A stretch of 62,199 nt of DNA, filler included, from Gonapodya sp. JEL0774 (lineage: Eukaryota), in the NCBI GenBank assembly GCA_027604505.1. It is 19 parts of 19 records of this genome, joined end to end, with 100 filler letters (N's around TTAATTAATTAA, not from the genome) between each part and the next. Parts side by side here need not be neighbours in the genome. Positions count along the whole stretch, not along the records: positions 1 to 3,195 come from JADIIX010001410.1; positions 3,296 to 6,487 come from JADIIX010001411.1; positions 6,588 to 9,777 come from JADIIX010001412.1; positions 9,878 to 13,066 come from JADIIX010001413.1; 15 more parts are not named here. One strand, given 5' to 3'. Positions 1 to 13,166 of the stretch are shown in pieces. Made by a program: the position numbers and the translations under genes. Within the stretch, counting starts at the first letter, position 1. The number at the start of each line of letters is the position of its first letter. The notes under the pieces were generated by a model. The model saw nothing but the letters and a program-made list of their open reading frames with translations, was not told where the DNA came from and searched no databases.

Positions 1-1712
1 TGCAGGTAGGCAGAACTAATACAGTGCTTTGGCGTCTTGGGAACGGACTGGCGCCGATAATTGTTGATCGTGGGGGTCAAGTCTCTTAAGACTCCACAAA
101 GAGATTTAGGAAATGAATCCAACAGTCTATGGAACTCCTTACGCGCGTAACTCAATGGAAGGCAGACCTCGCCTGAGAACTTGGTTGATTCGGGTGATTC
201 TGGGGCCCATTGAAGCTGTGTGTACCGGAACGAAGTCGCATTACACATCTCGGACACCCGAGTGTTGAGTTGGTGAACAGTTTCAGATGAGCATGGTTCA
301 TGTTTACGTCCAGAGTCCCTGTAAAGTGATCGAGCACATCACGATGAGCTGACTGAGCCCTATTCGTACTTCCGCGGATGCTGGGCCTTAGGAACCGTCG
401 CCGGTCTCTCCCTCCTCCTTGAATCCCCACCGCACCGTACCACTTTCGCTCAGCAGATGTCTGTCCGGGCCCTCCAGTGCCTATATCTTGGGGGCAGATC
501 ACGAGGGATGTGGGATCTTCACTTGACCGCCGAGACGGTTTTCATTGTCGCAAGTGCGAGTATAATGTACGCTTACGCATTAAGGCCCGAGACATTGGAG
601 CAGGGCTTCTATAGGTTTATGTGAGTTCCACGTTGGTGATGGGTGAACTCGGTTTGCACCCTGACCCATCTCTGATATTAATTTGTACAGTGTCAACACC
701 GGTCCTGTCCCCGAACAATCCCTCCAAGCCGTCCGACGAAATGGTAATCTCTCAAATTTTGAATCCATTTTCGCATCTACCTCTGCTCACTTTGAGTCCA
801 CTGCCCAAAACGTAACCAGTCCGCGGCCTCCCACTTGACATTCCCGCCCTCACCTCTTTCATCTCAACTACCCACCCGGCGCCTGGCGTTCTCTCCTCTG
901 TTACCTCGCTACCGCCTATTCCAGCCATGATCCCTTGCTCGGTTATTCACCCGAAACATGTTGGTTGCTTAACGCAGAACTTCCCCTGGGTGTTTGGTAG
1001 AGTCATCAAAGTCATCGCGCCGGTATACTTATCGGTGTTTTTGGTGCCGGCGGTGGTGTTTAACCCATGGAAGGTGTGGAACCGGTGGGTTGATTTCGCC
1101 ACCAGTGGCACCCCTTGTGCTGTTTCAGTGATCGTGTGAAACTCGTAACCTTCACATCGGATCCAGGCCTATTCACTCTCTAAGGAGCATTCTCCTCGCT
1201 TCCGCCCGCTCTTCCACCTTCCTAGCCCTCTTTTGCTCTGTGTACCAGCTTGTCATTTGCGGAGTCCGCGCCCTGTACGATCTGGGTGTAATCAAACAAG
1301 ACAATAAGTTATGGTATTGGGTCGCTGGGGTGGTGTGCTCGGCAAGCGTATTTGTCGAGGAAAAGGGGAGAAGGTGTGAGCTGGCGCTGGTGAATTCAGG
1401 GCGTCTGTTCTAGTGATCGAGGCACCGCCAACTCATTCGTATGTTTTTGTTTCTGATGTGTTTAGTATACTCTCACCCGCGCAACTGAGAGTATTTTTGA
1501 GATCTTATTGCAGCGGAAGCTGATTATCCGGGTACCGCATTTTGAGGTCGCCATGTTTTCGGTGGCAATGGGGAATTTAGTTGTGAGTGTATGCTCCACC
1601 GCAACCCCAGGTTGCGAAACTCTGGATGGTCACGATCGATCGTCAGATCATCCACACTAATTGACTGCACTGATCTCGCAAACAGGCTTTCTACGAACAC
1701 GAACCTCAGAAC

Positions 1713-2153
1713 ATGTCTCGCTTTGTTCACCGGATTTTCAGGCAGATTGACACCTTCGTGGACCCTCCTCCGTGTTCCCCAACATCACCAGCCACTCTGT
1801 TTAGCACCACGATCACCACTTCTGCCCGCTCGCGCAATACCACTCGCATGCGTAGCTTCAATGACTCCGCCAATGAGGAGAAGGACGGATTGATGGGTAT
1901 TGCGGGGGAATATGCGCAACTGGACAAGAAGAGGGAAGGCGTCCTGTTGAGAACCGATTGCAAACCTGCGGGGGAAGGAGCGATGGGCAACGGGAATGGG
2001 ATTAGCAAGGGGAGGCTCGGAGAAGCCAATGGAGTGACTAAGGTGCCCGGCGACGATGATAGGATCAGAGCACTGAATGGCGAGCTCATTGGTCGTGGAC
2101 TGAAAGAGCGGGCGAGACCTACAACGTTGTTTGGATGGCTTCTTTTTAAGTGA
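1713..2153 (+). CDS. Hypothetical protein (146 aa ORF)
   Basis: ATG-initiated ORF with low-complexity S/T/P and G-rich segments; no recognisable domain. Confidence 0.25.
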   Translation: MSRFVHRIFRQIDTFVDPPPCSPTSPATLFSTTITTSARSRNTTRMRSFNDSANEEKDGLMGIAGEYAQLDKKREGVLLRTDCKPAGEGAMGNGNGISKGRLGEANGVTKVPGDDDRIRALNGELIGRGLKERARPTTLFGWLLFK

Positions 2154-2463
2154 GCGGATTTCAATGAATGAACCCTGTGTACCATATGTCATGCGCACTA
2201 TTTCCGTCTGTGGAGCTTACAAAATATTACATGCAACAGTCACAATCACAACGTCCATCGAACTCGTTTCACTTGACTCATAACGTAAACATTAAAAGTT
2301 GCCTACTTGGGCTTTATCGAGCTTGTAGATCATATGGGATATTGCATCATATTCTGTTTCGTAATCTTCAAAGCCAACAAAGCCCGCCGAAACCCGGAGA
2401 ACAAAAGACGCAGTCAGCTTAGTGATTCCATCGCCCCATCGAAATCCTAATCCGTAACCAATA

Positions 2464-3195
2464 ATGTCCACCCAGCGAATTTCACAAACAGCATCCCATC
2501 TCGCCAAGGGCGACGTCCTGTTCACGCCGCTCACTTTGACGCGTGGCCCTGCGTGGAAGAATCGGTTCATGCTTGCGCCGTTGACCAACACCCGTAAGTT
2601 GATGAGACGATTGGACCTTGCTGGCTAGATGCCGACCCAATGTTGTGGGTTGGGGTGGTTCTACTCGCGATCAGAGTTCAGCTGTATTATGTAGGAAGGT
2701 TCCGATATCCGGTGACATGTTGTTTGCCCGACCTCCTCAGAATCACACCCCGACGGAAAACTTTCTGATGATGAGTACAACTGGTTAGTAATGCGGGCAA
2801 AGGGCGGGCTCGGTCTCGTGATGACTTGCGCGGCTCACGTTCAACGAATCGGACAGGTGAGATCCGACTCCATTTTTCGTCACCAATTTCAAAAGAGATA
2901 ACAAGAGCTCACATCGCTACGCATTTGCAGGGATTTCCGGGCCAGCTTGGCATCTGGTCGGACGATCACATTCCCGGTCTCAAGCGCCTTGCCGACGGCA
3001 TCCGCCAACACGGTGCCATCTCCTCCGTCCAACTCCACCATGCTGGGATTCGAGCACCTGCGTCTCTCATCGGTCAGAACCCTGTTGGTCCCAGCGACGA
3101 GAAGGATAGTAAGGCCAAGGGATTGACCCTCGAGGAGACCGAGCAGCTCAAGCAAGACTTCATTACTGCCGCTGTTCGCGCCGAAAAAGCTGGAT
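2464..3195 (+). CDS. NADH:flavin oxidoreductase / Old Yellow Enzyme family, 3' truncated
   Basis: Exons 2464-2593, 2741-2856 and 2931-end, joined by GT-AG introns, read LFTPLTL..KNRFMLAPLTNTQSHPDGKLSDDEYNWLVMRAKGGLGLVMTCAAHVQRIGQGFPGQLGIWSDDHIPGLKRLADGIRQHGAISSVQLHHAG..FITAAVRAEKAG. This is a typical FMN oxidoreductase N-terminus. Confidence 0.93.
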
Positions 3196-3295
3196 NNNNN
3201 NNNNNNNNNNNNNNNNNNNNNNNNNNNNNNNNNNNNNNNTTAATTAATTAANNNNNNNNNNNNNNNNNNNNNNNNNNNNNNNNNNNNNNNNNNNN
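3196..3295. other. Artificial contig-joining linker (first of 18)
   Basis: Identical 100-bp spacer N44-TTAATTAATTAA-N44 (stops in all frames) at 3196, 6488, 9778, 13067, 16354, 19636, 22917, 26197, 29476, 32752, 36027, 39301, 42575, 45848, 49120, 52392, 55664 and 58933. Contig lengths never increase along the window (3195 to 3167 bp). Confidence 0.99.
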
Positions 3296-5544
3296 TCTCT
3301 GGGCTCATGAATGGGGGTCAGCTGGGCTGTTCCGGGGGGAGACTCACGTCGATCTACTTGCCGGGACCAGGATTGACGGGTCCACTTCCCTCTCTTTCAG
3401 GACTAACTAAAGTGAAGTCAATGCAAAGTTTCTGGACTTTGTCTCTTCCACTGAAGCGACTGTTTCGTCCAGGTTGCAAACCTTCAGCTCTTCGCAAATG
3501 CAATAACCGGTACTTTCCCCGATCTCACTGGTCTACCACTTACGAACACTTTCCTGTGGAACATGCAACTATCGGGAAATATTGACGGGAAGCTGCCGTC
3601 TTCCACCGGTCCACACTGCTGGCTCTTTGGCAACGCCGGGCTCTATTGGTGCAATGGACCAGTTTATGGAGAGTGTGGAACAAACGTTGCTCAATGTGCT
3701 GCACCACCACCCGTGGCAGTACCACCCCCACCACCTCCACCGCCCCCACCGCCGCCGTCCCCATCGCCCCCACCGGCGTCACCACCACCGCAAACCACTG
3801 CGGCAGCACCACCTCCAAAAGCACCGCCACCACCCTCCCCTGTGACCTCCTCCCCCCCGTCTCCTGCAGTCAATTCAGAAGCACCAGCCAATACGCCGGC
3901 CGCACCACCCCCTTCGACTGTCGCAGTCACATTGCCCAGCTACGGACAGGCCTGTAGTACCGCTGTGGGATGCTCTGGCTCCCTTGTATGTGCAAGCTCG
4001 TCAGGGTCCGTTTGTATGTGCCCGTCTGGAAGTGTACTGTGTACCGGATCTCCGAATTTGTGTTGTGGGATCGAAGGAACAATGTCTGGAGGTACATGTG
4101 GCCTGATGCGGCAAGACTTCTTTGTTTCACAATTAACTTGGATTCTTGTCACATATTAGTGACCATGACCCCTTCCGTGCAAACAATAAATCCCGTGGCT
4201 GAAACCTCCGTGAGCGGCTCTCTCACTATCACCAAATCCACCGCTTTCTCCACCCCGACAAGCGTTATGGGGGGTGCCACACTCGGAGTCACTGCAGGCG
4301 TCAAAGACGGTTCTGGTTCCGCGTTGTCTCCCTCACAAGCTCCTGGCGCGGGCTTGTCGACAGCTCCTCCTCCACCCGATGGAAGTGGATCGACTGCCAC
4401 CAGCAGCGTGCCATTGATCATCGGTGGAGCTGTTGGAGGGGTGGTAGCACTTGGGTTGATAATTGGCGCGATCATTTTCGTACGTCGGAGGTAGGTAATT
4501 TGCATCCGACTGCGTCATTGGAGAATGTGTAAATCGGTAAATATTTTTATCAGGGGCAAGAAAACAGACATCACGGCAATGAAGGAGGATATGAAACAAT
4601 TTACACCGCATTCAAGCTCTCTCAGTAGTCCGTGAGTCAAAGGCCGAGTATCCTCCCGATGAGAATGTCAGAAGCCTAAATTGTTCTCCAACATCAGAGT
4701 CACTCCGACCAACTCTATGTCAAGTACAACCCTTGTTAAGTCTACGACACTTGAACAAGCCCCATCGTCGTTGAGATCGGACGATTTGGGGGCCGTGACG
4801 ACAAGCGTGAGTTCCAAAGTGGAGATTATGTGCGTTCGGCAAATGCAAGTATCTGAACAGGTAACCTTTTGCAGCCGCATTGGTTCTTTGCGATATTAGC
4901 TGGGATAGATCATATAGGAGAGCCGAGCATAAGCTTCGAAGGAGAGCCCTTCGGTGTGGCAAGGGCGGTGCGTGCGCCTTTCAATTCCGTCCTAGATCGG
5001 GCGGTGAAAAGCTGACCAAACGATGATCAACCAAACAGTACGACGCTCAGGGTGAAGACGAGCTATCGCTGGAACCCGGTGCAATCGTGAGGTTGGCTAC
5101 CGTGTTCAGGGACGGATGGGCGACGGGAACGAATGTGGGTGATCTGAGAACTGTCACCCGGTTATGGGACGCTCAAGAGCTCATAACGGTGTTCCATACG
5201 TAAGATTCACACCGGAGCCTATGGTATTTTGTGAGTTGTCGTCACTCGCGTCCGACAGATCATATTGAAACCTCAACATCCGTTCACTTCCGTGTTCGCA
5301 ACTTGCTCTTCCATTCTACCGCATAAGCCCGACGCAAGTATCAATCTTTTCTGTAAAGTCAACTGCATTTTAAGGCTGACTCATCACCCGCATGTTTCAC
5401 CCGATCATGCGATTACCCAGCGAATGCCTGCACATCCAAGGGAGGAGCAATTCGCAGTCTCTCTCTAGATCCCGCCCAGCACAGAGTTCAAACATCCTGA
5501 GAAGCCGTCAGGAGAGTAGGCTGGTAAGAGTTTTCTTTCACTAG
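3296..5544 (+). CDS. Single-pass membrane protein: LRR ectodomain, polyproline/Ser-Thr stalk, Cys-rich module, TM helix, cytoplasmic SH3 (5' truncated, 3' end approximate)
   Basis: LRR-like LTSIYLPGPGLTGPLPSLSGLTK/VANLQLFANAITGTFPDLTGL..LWNMQLSGNI; poly-Pro at 3700-3910; TM VPLIIGGAVGGVVALGLIIGAIIFVRRR at 4408-4491; SH3 exons YDAQGEDELSLEPGAIVRLATVFRDGWATGTN/IHTGAYGIF at about 5039-5230. Confidence 0.75.
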
Positions 5545-6122
5545 ATCTGACAAAGTTACAATGTCCCGATGTGCTCTTACATTTTGGTGCTCACATCACT
5601 GCAGGCCGGTTCAGGAACAGTTGTTGCCAACGTACGGGGCCCTCCATCTGCCACTTCACTCCCAGCGATACCTGCAAATGTTTTGACGAGTCCTCTCGGA
5701 CATTAGGAGCGCTCCCCAATGAATAGTTTTGGTATGGTTGCGTGATTTGGAGACTAGTAGAGATTGTCAGATGGGCCGCGCAAATGCTGAGAATCTTCGT
5801 CATGGCCGGATGTGTGTGGGATGGGAATGTAATGGCCGCCTTCGCGTATCAGAAAATTACAGGTTGAATCATGACGACTCTATGAACTAGCATCTCGCCA
5901 TCGTTTACAATTGAAGGCGCCACTCAACAATGTAACATGCTACGCGGCCGCACAACAACTACGGTACGGGAGCCAAGACTGAACAATCTGCGTTTCTTGC
6001 ATTTGTGGGGTGGCTGAGGACACAGTTGGGGTTGTCGGGAGACGGCAGCCGACTCGGACTCAAAAACCTCAATTGTTTCTGCAAGTTCAACAACGATGAC
6101 TGCCCCAACTCTTGGAAGTCGC

Positions 6123-6487
6123 ATGGTGAACAAGTCCACGGTACGTGCGTGTCGGAAGTAAGGGCGGTTCCGGATTCTGAACTGAGGTCTTGCTGTGGGG
6201 GGAACAGGGGAAGGGCCGTGTCTGTCTCGTAACTGGATCGGCGAGTCGTGGGATCGGAAGGGAAGATGTCATTCTCATGGCAAAGGAAGGGGCTGCCGTC
6301 GCTGTGAGCGACATTCCCTCAAGGGAGAAGGAGGGCCAGGGTGAGTGGTATCATTTCTCGCATGTAGTTGTTATGTAGCCTTCCGAACAGACCCAATGAT
6401 TGATGATGCCGGATTTCTTTAGAGCTCGTCCAGGAAATCACCGCTTTTGGGGGAAAGGCCATTTGGGTTCCACTGTGAGCATTCTGA
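6123..6487 (+). CDS. Short-chain dehydrogenase/reductase (SDR), N-terminal fragment
   Basis: Spliced MVNKST/GKGRVCLVTGSASRGIGREDVILMAKEGAAVAVSD..ELVQEITAFGGKAIWV, containing the Rossmann TGxxxxGIG motif. Confidence 0.85.
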
Positions 6488-6587
6488 NNNNNNNNNNNNN
6501 NNNNNNNNNNNNNNNNNNNNNNNNNNNNNNNTTAATTAATTAANNNNNNNNNNNNNNNNNNNNNNNNNNNNNNNNNNNNNNNNNNNN

Positions 6588-8166
6588 CCAGGTGCCTACC
6601 CAACAATCGGTGATGATCGAGCGACTAATGAAGCTTTTCGAGATTTCAGCCGTGAAGCTGAAGCGCAAGGTTAGACGATAAGCCACCACTCCTCGGTTTG
6701 CGGGTGTCACAACCACCAAATCACGTCAACATCGACAGGAGATAGCAGAAATCGTCTAGCCGATCTCTTCAAACCTCCTCTAGACATCATGTTTGCTGGT
6801 GATTTTGACTCGGTGAGTTCCAATTGAATTCAGCCGCATGTTATCTTTTCAAGACCGGCCGTGCCTGTTTAGGGACGTATCCTCGCTCAACAAAGAGCTA
6901 AATGGATCTTGATCAACATCCAAGATCCTACCGAATTTCAGTGCCAGGTTTTGAATCGTGGTACGCTGATGGACTCTTCCCACGTCTGTTTGACAACTTC
7001 TTTCACATTTGCACGTTCCAATCAACAGATATTTGGAGCAATGCAGCCGTCAAGGACGCAATCAAAGAGCACTTTTTGTTCATGCAGTTCGGGAGCGGAA
7101 GCCAGGAAGGACAGAAATATGTCAACCTTTACAAGGCGTACCGCTACCCCCACGTCGCTATCATTGATCCTCGAACTGGTGAGCGGTCCCTGTACGAGAA
7201 AACTTTTCACTGTATCAAGTCCAGGCGCTTTCAACAGGGGAAAAGGTCGCAGAACTCAAACGCTTATCCGAACCCGTGGATTTTATCGAGGAACGTGAGC
7301 TTTGTCCTTGCAAAAATGGCCACAAAGGGACGGCTTACAAAATGGGCTGGTTATTGCAGTTTATGATTTCACGGATCGCAATTCTCTCACGGACTTCAAG
7401 AACAAAAAGGCTAAGACAGAACCGAAGGTAGTCTATACCTCCTACCATGCATGAAAGGTTGTTGGGCTCACAAGTCGCTTGTCGTAGAAAAAGTCCGTCT
7501 CCGAAATGTCTGAGGAGGAGCAGTTACTGGCGGCAATGCAGGCGTCCCTCGATGCTAATGGCGGTACGACTAGTGGACGTCACAGCGTACAGCCGATTGA
7601 CGTTGACGCTGACGAAGAAACTGCACCTGAAGCTCCAGGCCGTGAGTATTTTGTTTGGCTTTATCCGCGAACTTCCATGCTTCCGATATTGATGGCGATA
7701 TGAAACGCGTGGAACATGCGATCTACCAGACGTCTCCATTTTCGATAGCATTCAAAGTGTTGAGCATCCTGACCGGCCTGACGGGAAGGACGCCACAAGA
7801 CTCCAAATCCGATTACCTGGTGGGAGAGTCCTCTACCCCGCCACTCCTGCCTCGCTTGTCGACAAACTGCTTTCGTTTTGTAGATGGCAGTCGTATTGTA
7901 ATGCGAGTGTTGAAATCGGATCCTGTACGCTTCCTCTTCGAGCATGTGAAGGCCACAGTACCTGCAGTGGACGGCAAACAGTTTGAGGTAGAGTCCATAT
8001 TGAAATATCACGCTTTTCTGATTCCAGAGCGCGCAGTTTTTGACCTCGCTGATATCCACTATGACAGCTGCTGTCCCCTTCCAGACAAATGCTGACGGAG
8101 TATCTGGACTCCACGATTGCGGAAGCCAAAGTGGAGGGTGCTGCAATTATGCTGACTTTTGCATAG
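6588..8166 (+). CDS. UBX5: UBX-domain Cdc48/p97 adaptor (UAS + UIM + UBX; Ubx5/UBXN7-like), 5' truncated
   Basis: DLFKPPLDIMF, KWILINIQDPTEFQCQVLNR-DIWSN..PHVAIIDPRTG (UAS); SEEEQLLAAMQASL (UIM); TRLQIRLP-DGSRIV..TIAEAKVEGAAIML (UBX); stop at 8164-8166. Confidence 0.88.
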
Positions 8167-8294
8167 ATGTTTCATAATGAGAAGAATAATGGGCTTGTTG
8201 TCAGTGGCATTGGTGAACAGAAGCATTGGAGGTTCCGCTTCACACATCATATAATACACTTGAACTCAAATCAAAGCGCTCAGAGCACCGAATA

Positions 8295-9777
<1,483 letters not shown>

Positions 9778-9877
9778 NNNNNNNNNNNNNNNNNNNNNNN
9801 NNNNNNNNNNNNNNNNNNNNNTTAATTAATTAANNNNNNNNNNNNNNNNNNNNNNNNNNNNNNNNNNNNNNNNNNNN

Positions 9878-12080
9878 ATTTTGAAGCGACACACAAGAGG
9901 TCCCAAAGTGTCAAATGCGCTCTGCATAAAGCGGATATTGTCAATAGTGGTGGCGTGTGATGAGAGTTCCACATGGCAAATCGTACTGGCGGCTGACCCC
10001 AGAGGCTCTGATCCTTAAGAATTCCTTCAGATTCAAAACCCCGACCTTCCAACTCTAAAATTCGTGACATTTGAATGGATTCCTGCCGGCCTTCGAAGGT
10101 CCGTCGTCCATAGTCTGTGCAGAAATTCCAAACACAGTGCAACTCATCCCGAGGTACATGGCAGCACGGTACGGGTTGCGCTGTACTCGGCCCTTGTCGA
10201 ATGAGGGCAAAATTGGCTCTATGTTGATATTCGCTCAAATGTTGTTGAAAGGAGAAGAGAGAAAGAAGCACGGGATGCTGACAACTCACTGTTCAGGAAA
10301 GTCACCACAAAATCGCATTGGTATGGGGAAAGCAAGGTATGTTTCTCCGTCTGGTCCGGTCATTTCCGCTCCACTTCAACAATTGAAGAAGGAAAAATTT
10401 GCCATTCACAGGCTGAACATCAGATCTTGCAAGTCACAACGCACTGGATTATCGCATCCCGCAAAAATGATATAACAACATTGTATGAAAAGTGCATAAG
10501 TCGCCGCTTGTAGTCTGCGTACCACGATTTTTTCCGAGTTTCTGGTGGTGCGTGAGAGTCTATGACCCAAGAAACAACTTGACGGGTGTCAAAGGAAGAC
10601 TTCTTCCGAAATTTTTTGGGGATAATTCCTTCAAATAACGAGTCGTGAATTATTTGCCTTAGAGAGCGGAATCATTGGAATTCCAACCCCATCGACCAAC
10701 GTACCTAACTCCAACTCAATGGGGTGTGCACTCTGCTTGCCAATAGTGGAAAGGTGTGTTGCATCACTGGTGAACATAAGGGCCAAGTTCACTGCACCAA
10801 GAGGGAGATGGTCCTACAAGGAAAGAAACTCAAACGCTTAATCAGCTTGAACTGTTTCAAATGAAGTTGCAGTCCCAATACTGAAACCTGCTTCCCAATT
10901 TGAAATGACCGACACACAGGTTCCAAAGGGACTCCAAATTTGCGAAACTGAAGTCTACACACCTGTATAGTAGAAAATTCACAGCCGGTGTAGATCTCGT
11001 CATAAACTCGTAGGTTGGTGCGTGAATCAACTTTGACCATCGGTTTCATCCTCATGAGTCCTTTCCACCGCCTCTGCCCAAACGCGGAGCGAACACACTC
11101 CAGACTATCCCGAGCAATAATGCAAGGTCGATTATGCTCGATCCAAACCTTTGCATCTGGATGTAAACCAGAACCGAGGTCCGACACAGAGAGCTGAAAG
11201 GTTTTGAAGTCCTGTGATATTAATCTGTGTCAGTTGAGATTGCAAGCAAGCTACTTTAAGGAGAGCCTAGTACCGACAAGCCCTTCAAACATTCCATCAA
11301 CATATCGGTGCACATCACTTGCGATATTGAAACGAATGGTGGCTGATGGGTTCAACCTCTTGGAATAACGAATAAAGCTGAGGCACACCGATTCAGATTC
11401 ACAAGATCACACAGAAAATGTAAAACAATCTCTTTGTGAACTCACTCATTCAGAGCTTCAGTTGTCAGATTGTGAGAAATTGCAAAATCTGCGAGGTGAA
11501 ATTCAGCCTCTGTAAGAGGCGAATATGGGTTTGATGGTTCTTCATCTTCACTTGAGCCCTCTGATATGTAATCTTCCGGGTCCTGAAGGTACGGAACAAC
11601 TGGAATTGCTGTTGGCAAACGTTGTGAGGGCTCCGATGCAATCAACCAACGCACATGGAGACAACCTGCAGGCTACCGTCTCCACCCACCGGCTCGTGGA
11701 TCCTCTTTATAGAAATAGACTCCCTCCTGAACAAATTCCTCTAGGTTCCAATCCGTGGCTGTGTCGTCCCACAAGCCTTCATGACCACGTAGTTTTGCAG
11801 CAAACTCTTTCAACTGTTCATTGCAGCCTGCCTCAGGTGCTTCCTGAAGTTCCACAGAGTCGGAGCTACGCTGACTTGTAGAGCTGGATGGGGTGGTTTC
11901 CCAGCATTTGTCCATGTCTTGGACACTCTCAGGTTGATCGAAGGGGGGTTGGTTTTCTCTGCCCACAAGATGCCGTGCTTGCATCAGAGTTTGCTGGATT
12001 TCCATGGGGTGCGTACGCGAATGCACTAGAAGCCTTCCTTGGTCGGTAAAGTTACGGAGACAAACAGCGCATTGAACCAT
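9878..12080 (-). mobile_element. Plavaka-type (CACTA/EnSpm-related) transposase gene with N-terminal C2H2 finger, intron-containing, 3' truncated
   Basis: Spliced exons give CAVCLRNF..LLVHSRTH, RDSLECVRSAF, RVYDEIYTG, LPLGAV..MFTSDATHLSTIGKQSAHPIELELG-IIPKKFRKKS, RRLMHF, GAEMTGPDG..FPI..CGDFPEQ and PCCHVPRDEL. These follow the recalled Plavaka motif order (RVY.E..TG / SDKT / GNI / DYPEQ / CP.C). Confidence 0.8.
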
Positions 12081-12173
12081 TTTGTCTTGGGAGTTCAGGT
12101 TGTTGTGCAGGGCACTTTGTGTGTTTTCTCTACGAGCTTCGCATTCTCAAACCCACCTCACAAAAACCGCCCA

Positions 12174-13066
12174 ATGGATCGGCGCAACAAGACCAATTCC
12201 CTTGTGAAGGGTCTTTCCCAGCCTTCTGCCAGTGACCTTCCTTCAAAGCGCCGTGAACCAGCAGGTTCCACCTCCAAACAACCAAAGAGTCAAACTCAAT
12301 CTTCCAAACCCCCAAAGGCAGCTCAGGTCCTAGCTCAGAGAGTCCAGACGCGAAGTACAAGACGCTCAGGTCCTTTGGTGCAGGTGGTCCCAACCACCAG
12401 TCTCTTCTCTGACCGTGAAGGCTCTCCGCAGCAGTCATGCATACCTGAGTACTCAGCTTCGCAATCTCTAAAGTGAGTTTTTTTGGAGGGATTCTCTTCA
12501 TTTTCACTATTACAGTCATGTAGCAATGTTTCTGCACCAGATTGCGTGCTTCTTCAGCGACAGACCTTCGTCCAAATGATGTCTCACCTGGGTTGTCACC
12601 ACCGATGTCAATTCAGGAACTTTTAAGCGAGCAGTGAGTTTTTTTTGATCTTCACTGCAACGTGATCCAACCTGCCTTCACATATTGACTATTGTTGCCT
12701 TGAAGCCGCCGGAGGACTATGCGGAACTACCGTGAACGCGGTGGTGGAGATCACGGCAGCGGGTCCAGAGTTGGCACCCCCGAGTTCGAATCCTACGGAG
12801 ACAAAGGCAGACACACTACAAGGCCAATTAATGTTGACTCATTACCAAGTTACCCTTCCCAGATGGTGATTCCCGATTCTCAGGACGATGATGAGTCTGC
12901 AAGTGAACGGAGGTATGAAACACACCCGTTGGTTCTGACCTTTTGTGTTTTGTGGTTAAGTGCCAATTCATTGCTTCTTGCGGACATTGATGCGACCCAC
13001 TGTCCACATTGATAGTGACACGGGTTTGGACAGGTACCGTGATTTGAACAACGAAAACGATGCGTT
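12174..13066 (+). CDS. Low-complexity S/Q/K-rich protein divergent from the Plavaka transposase (possible accessory gene), 3' truncated
   Basis: ATG at 12174, only 93 bp from the transposase ATG; MDRRNKTNSLVKGLSQPSASD...; several GTGAGT donors downstream; no recognisable domain. Confidence 0.5.
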
Positions 13067-13166
13067 NNNNNNNNNNNNNNNNNNNNNNNNNNNNNNNNNN
13101 NNNNNNNNNNTTAATTAATTAANNNNNNNNNNNNNNNNNNNNNNNNNNNNNNNNNNNNNNNNNNNN

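Noticed and set aside
1..1700. Short ORFs at the start of contig 1
   Set aside because: No family resemblance that I can support.
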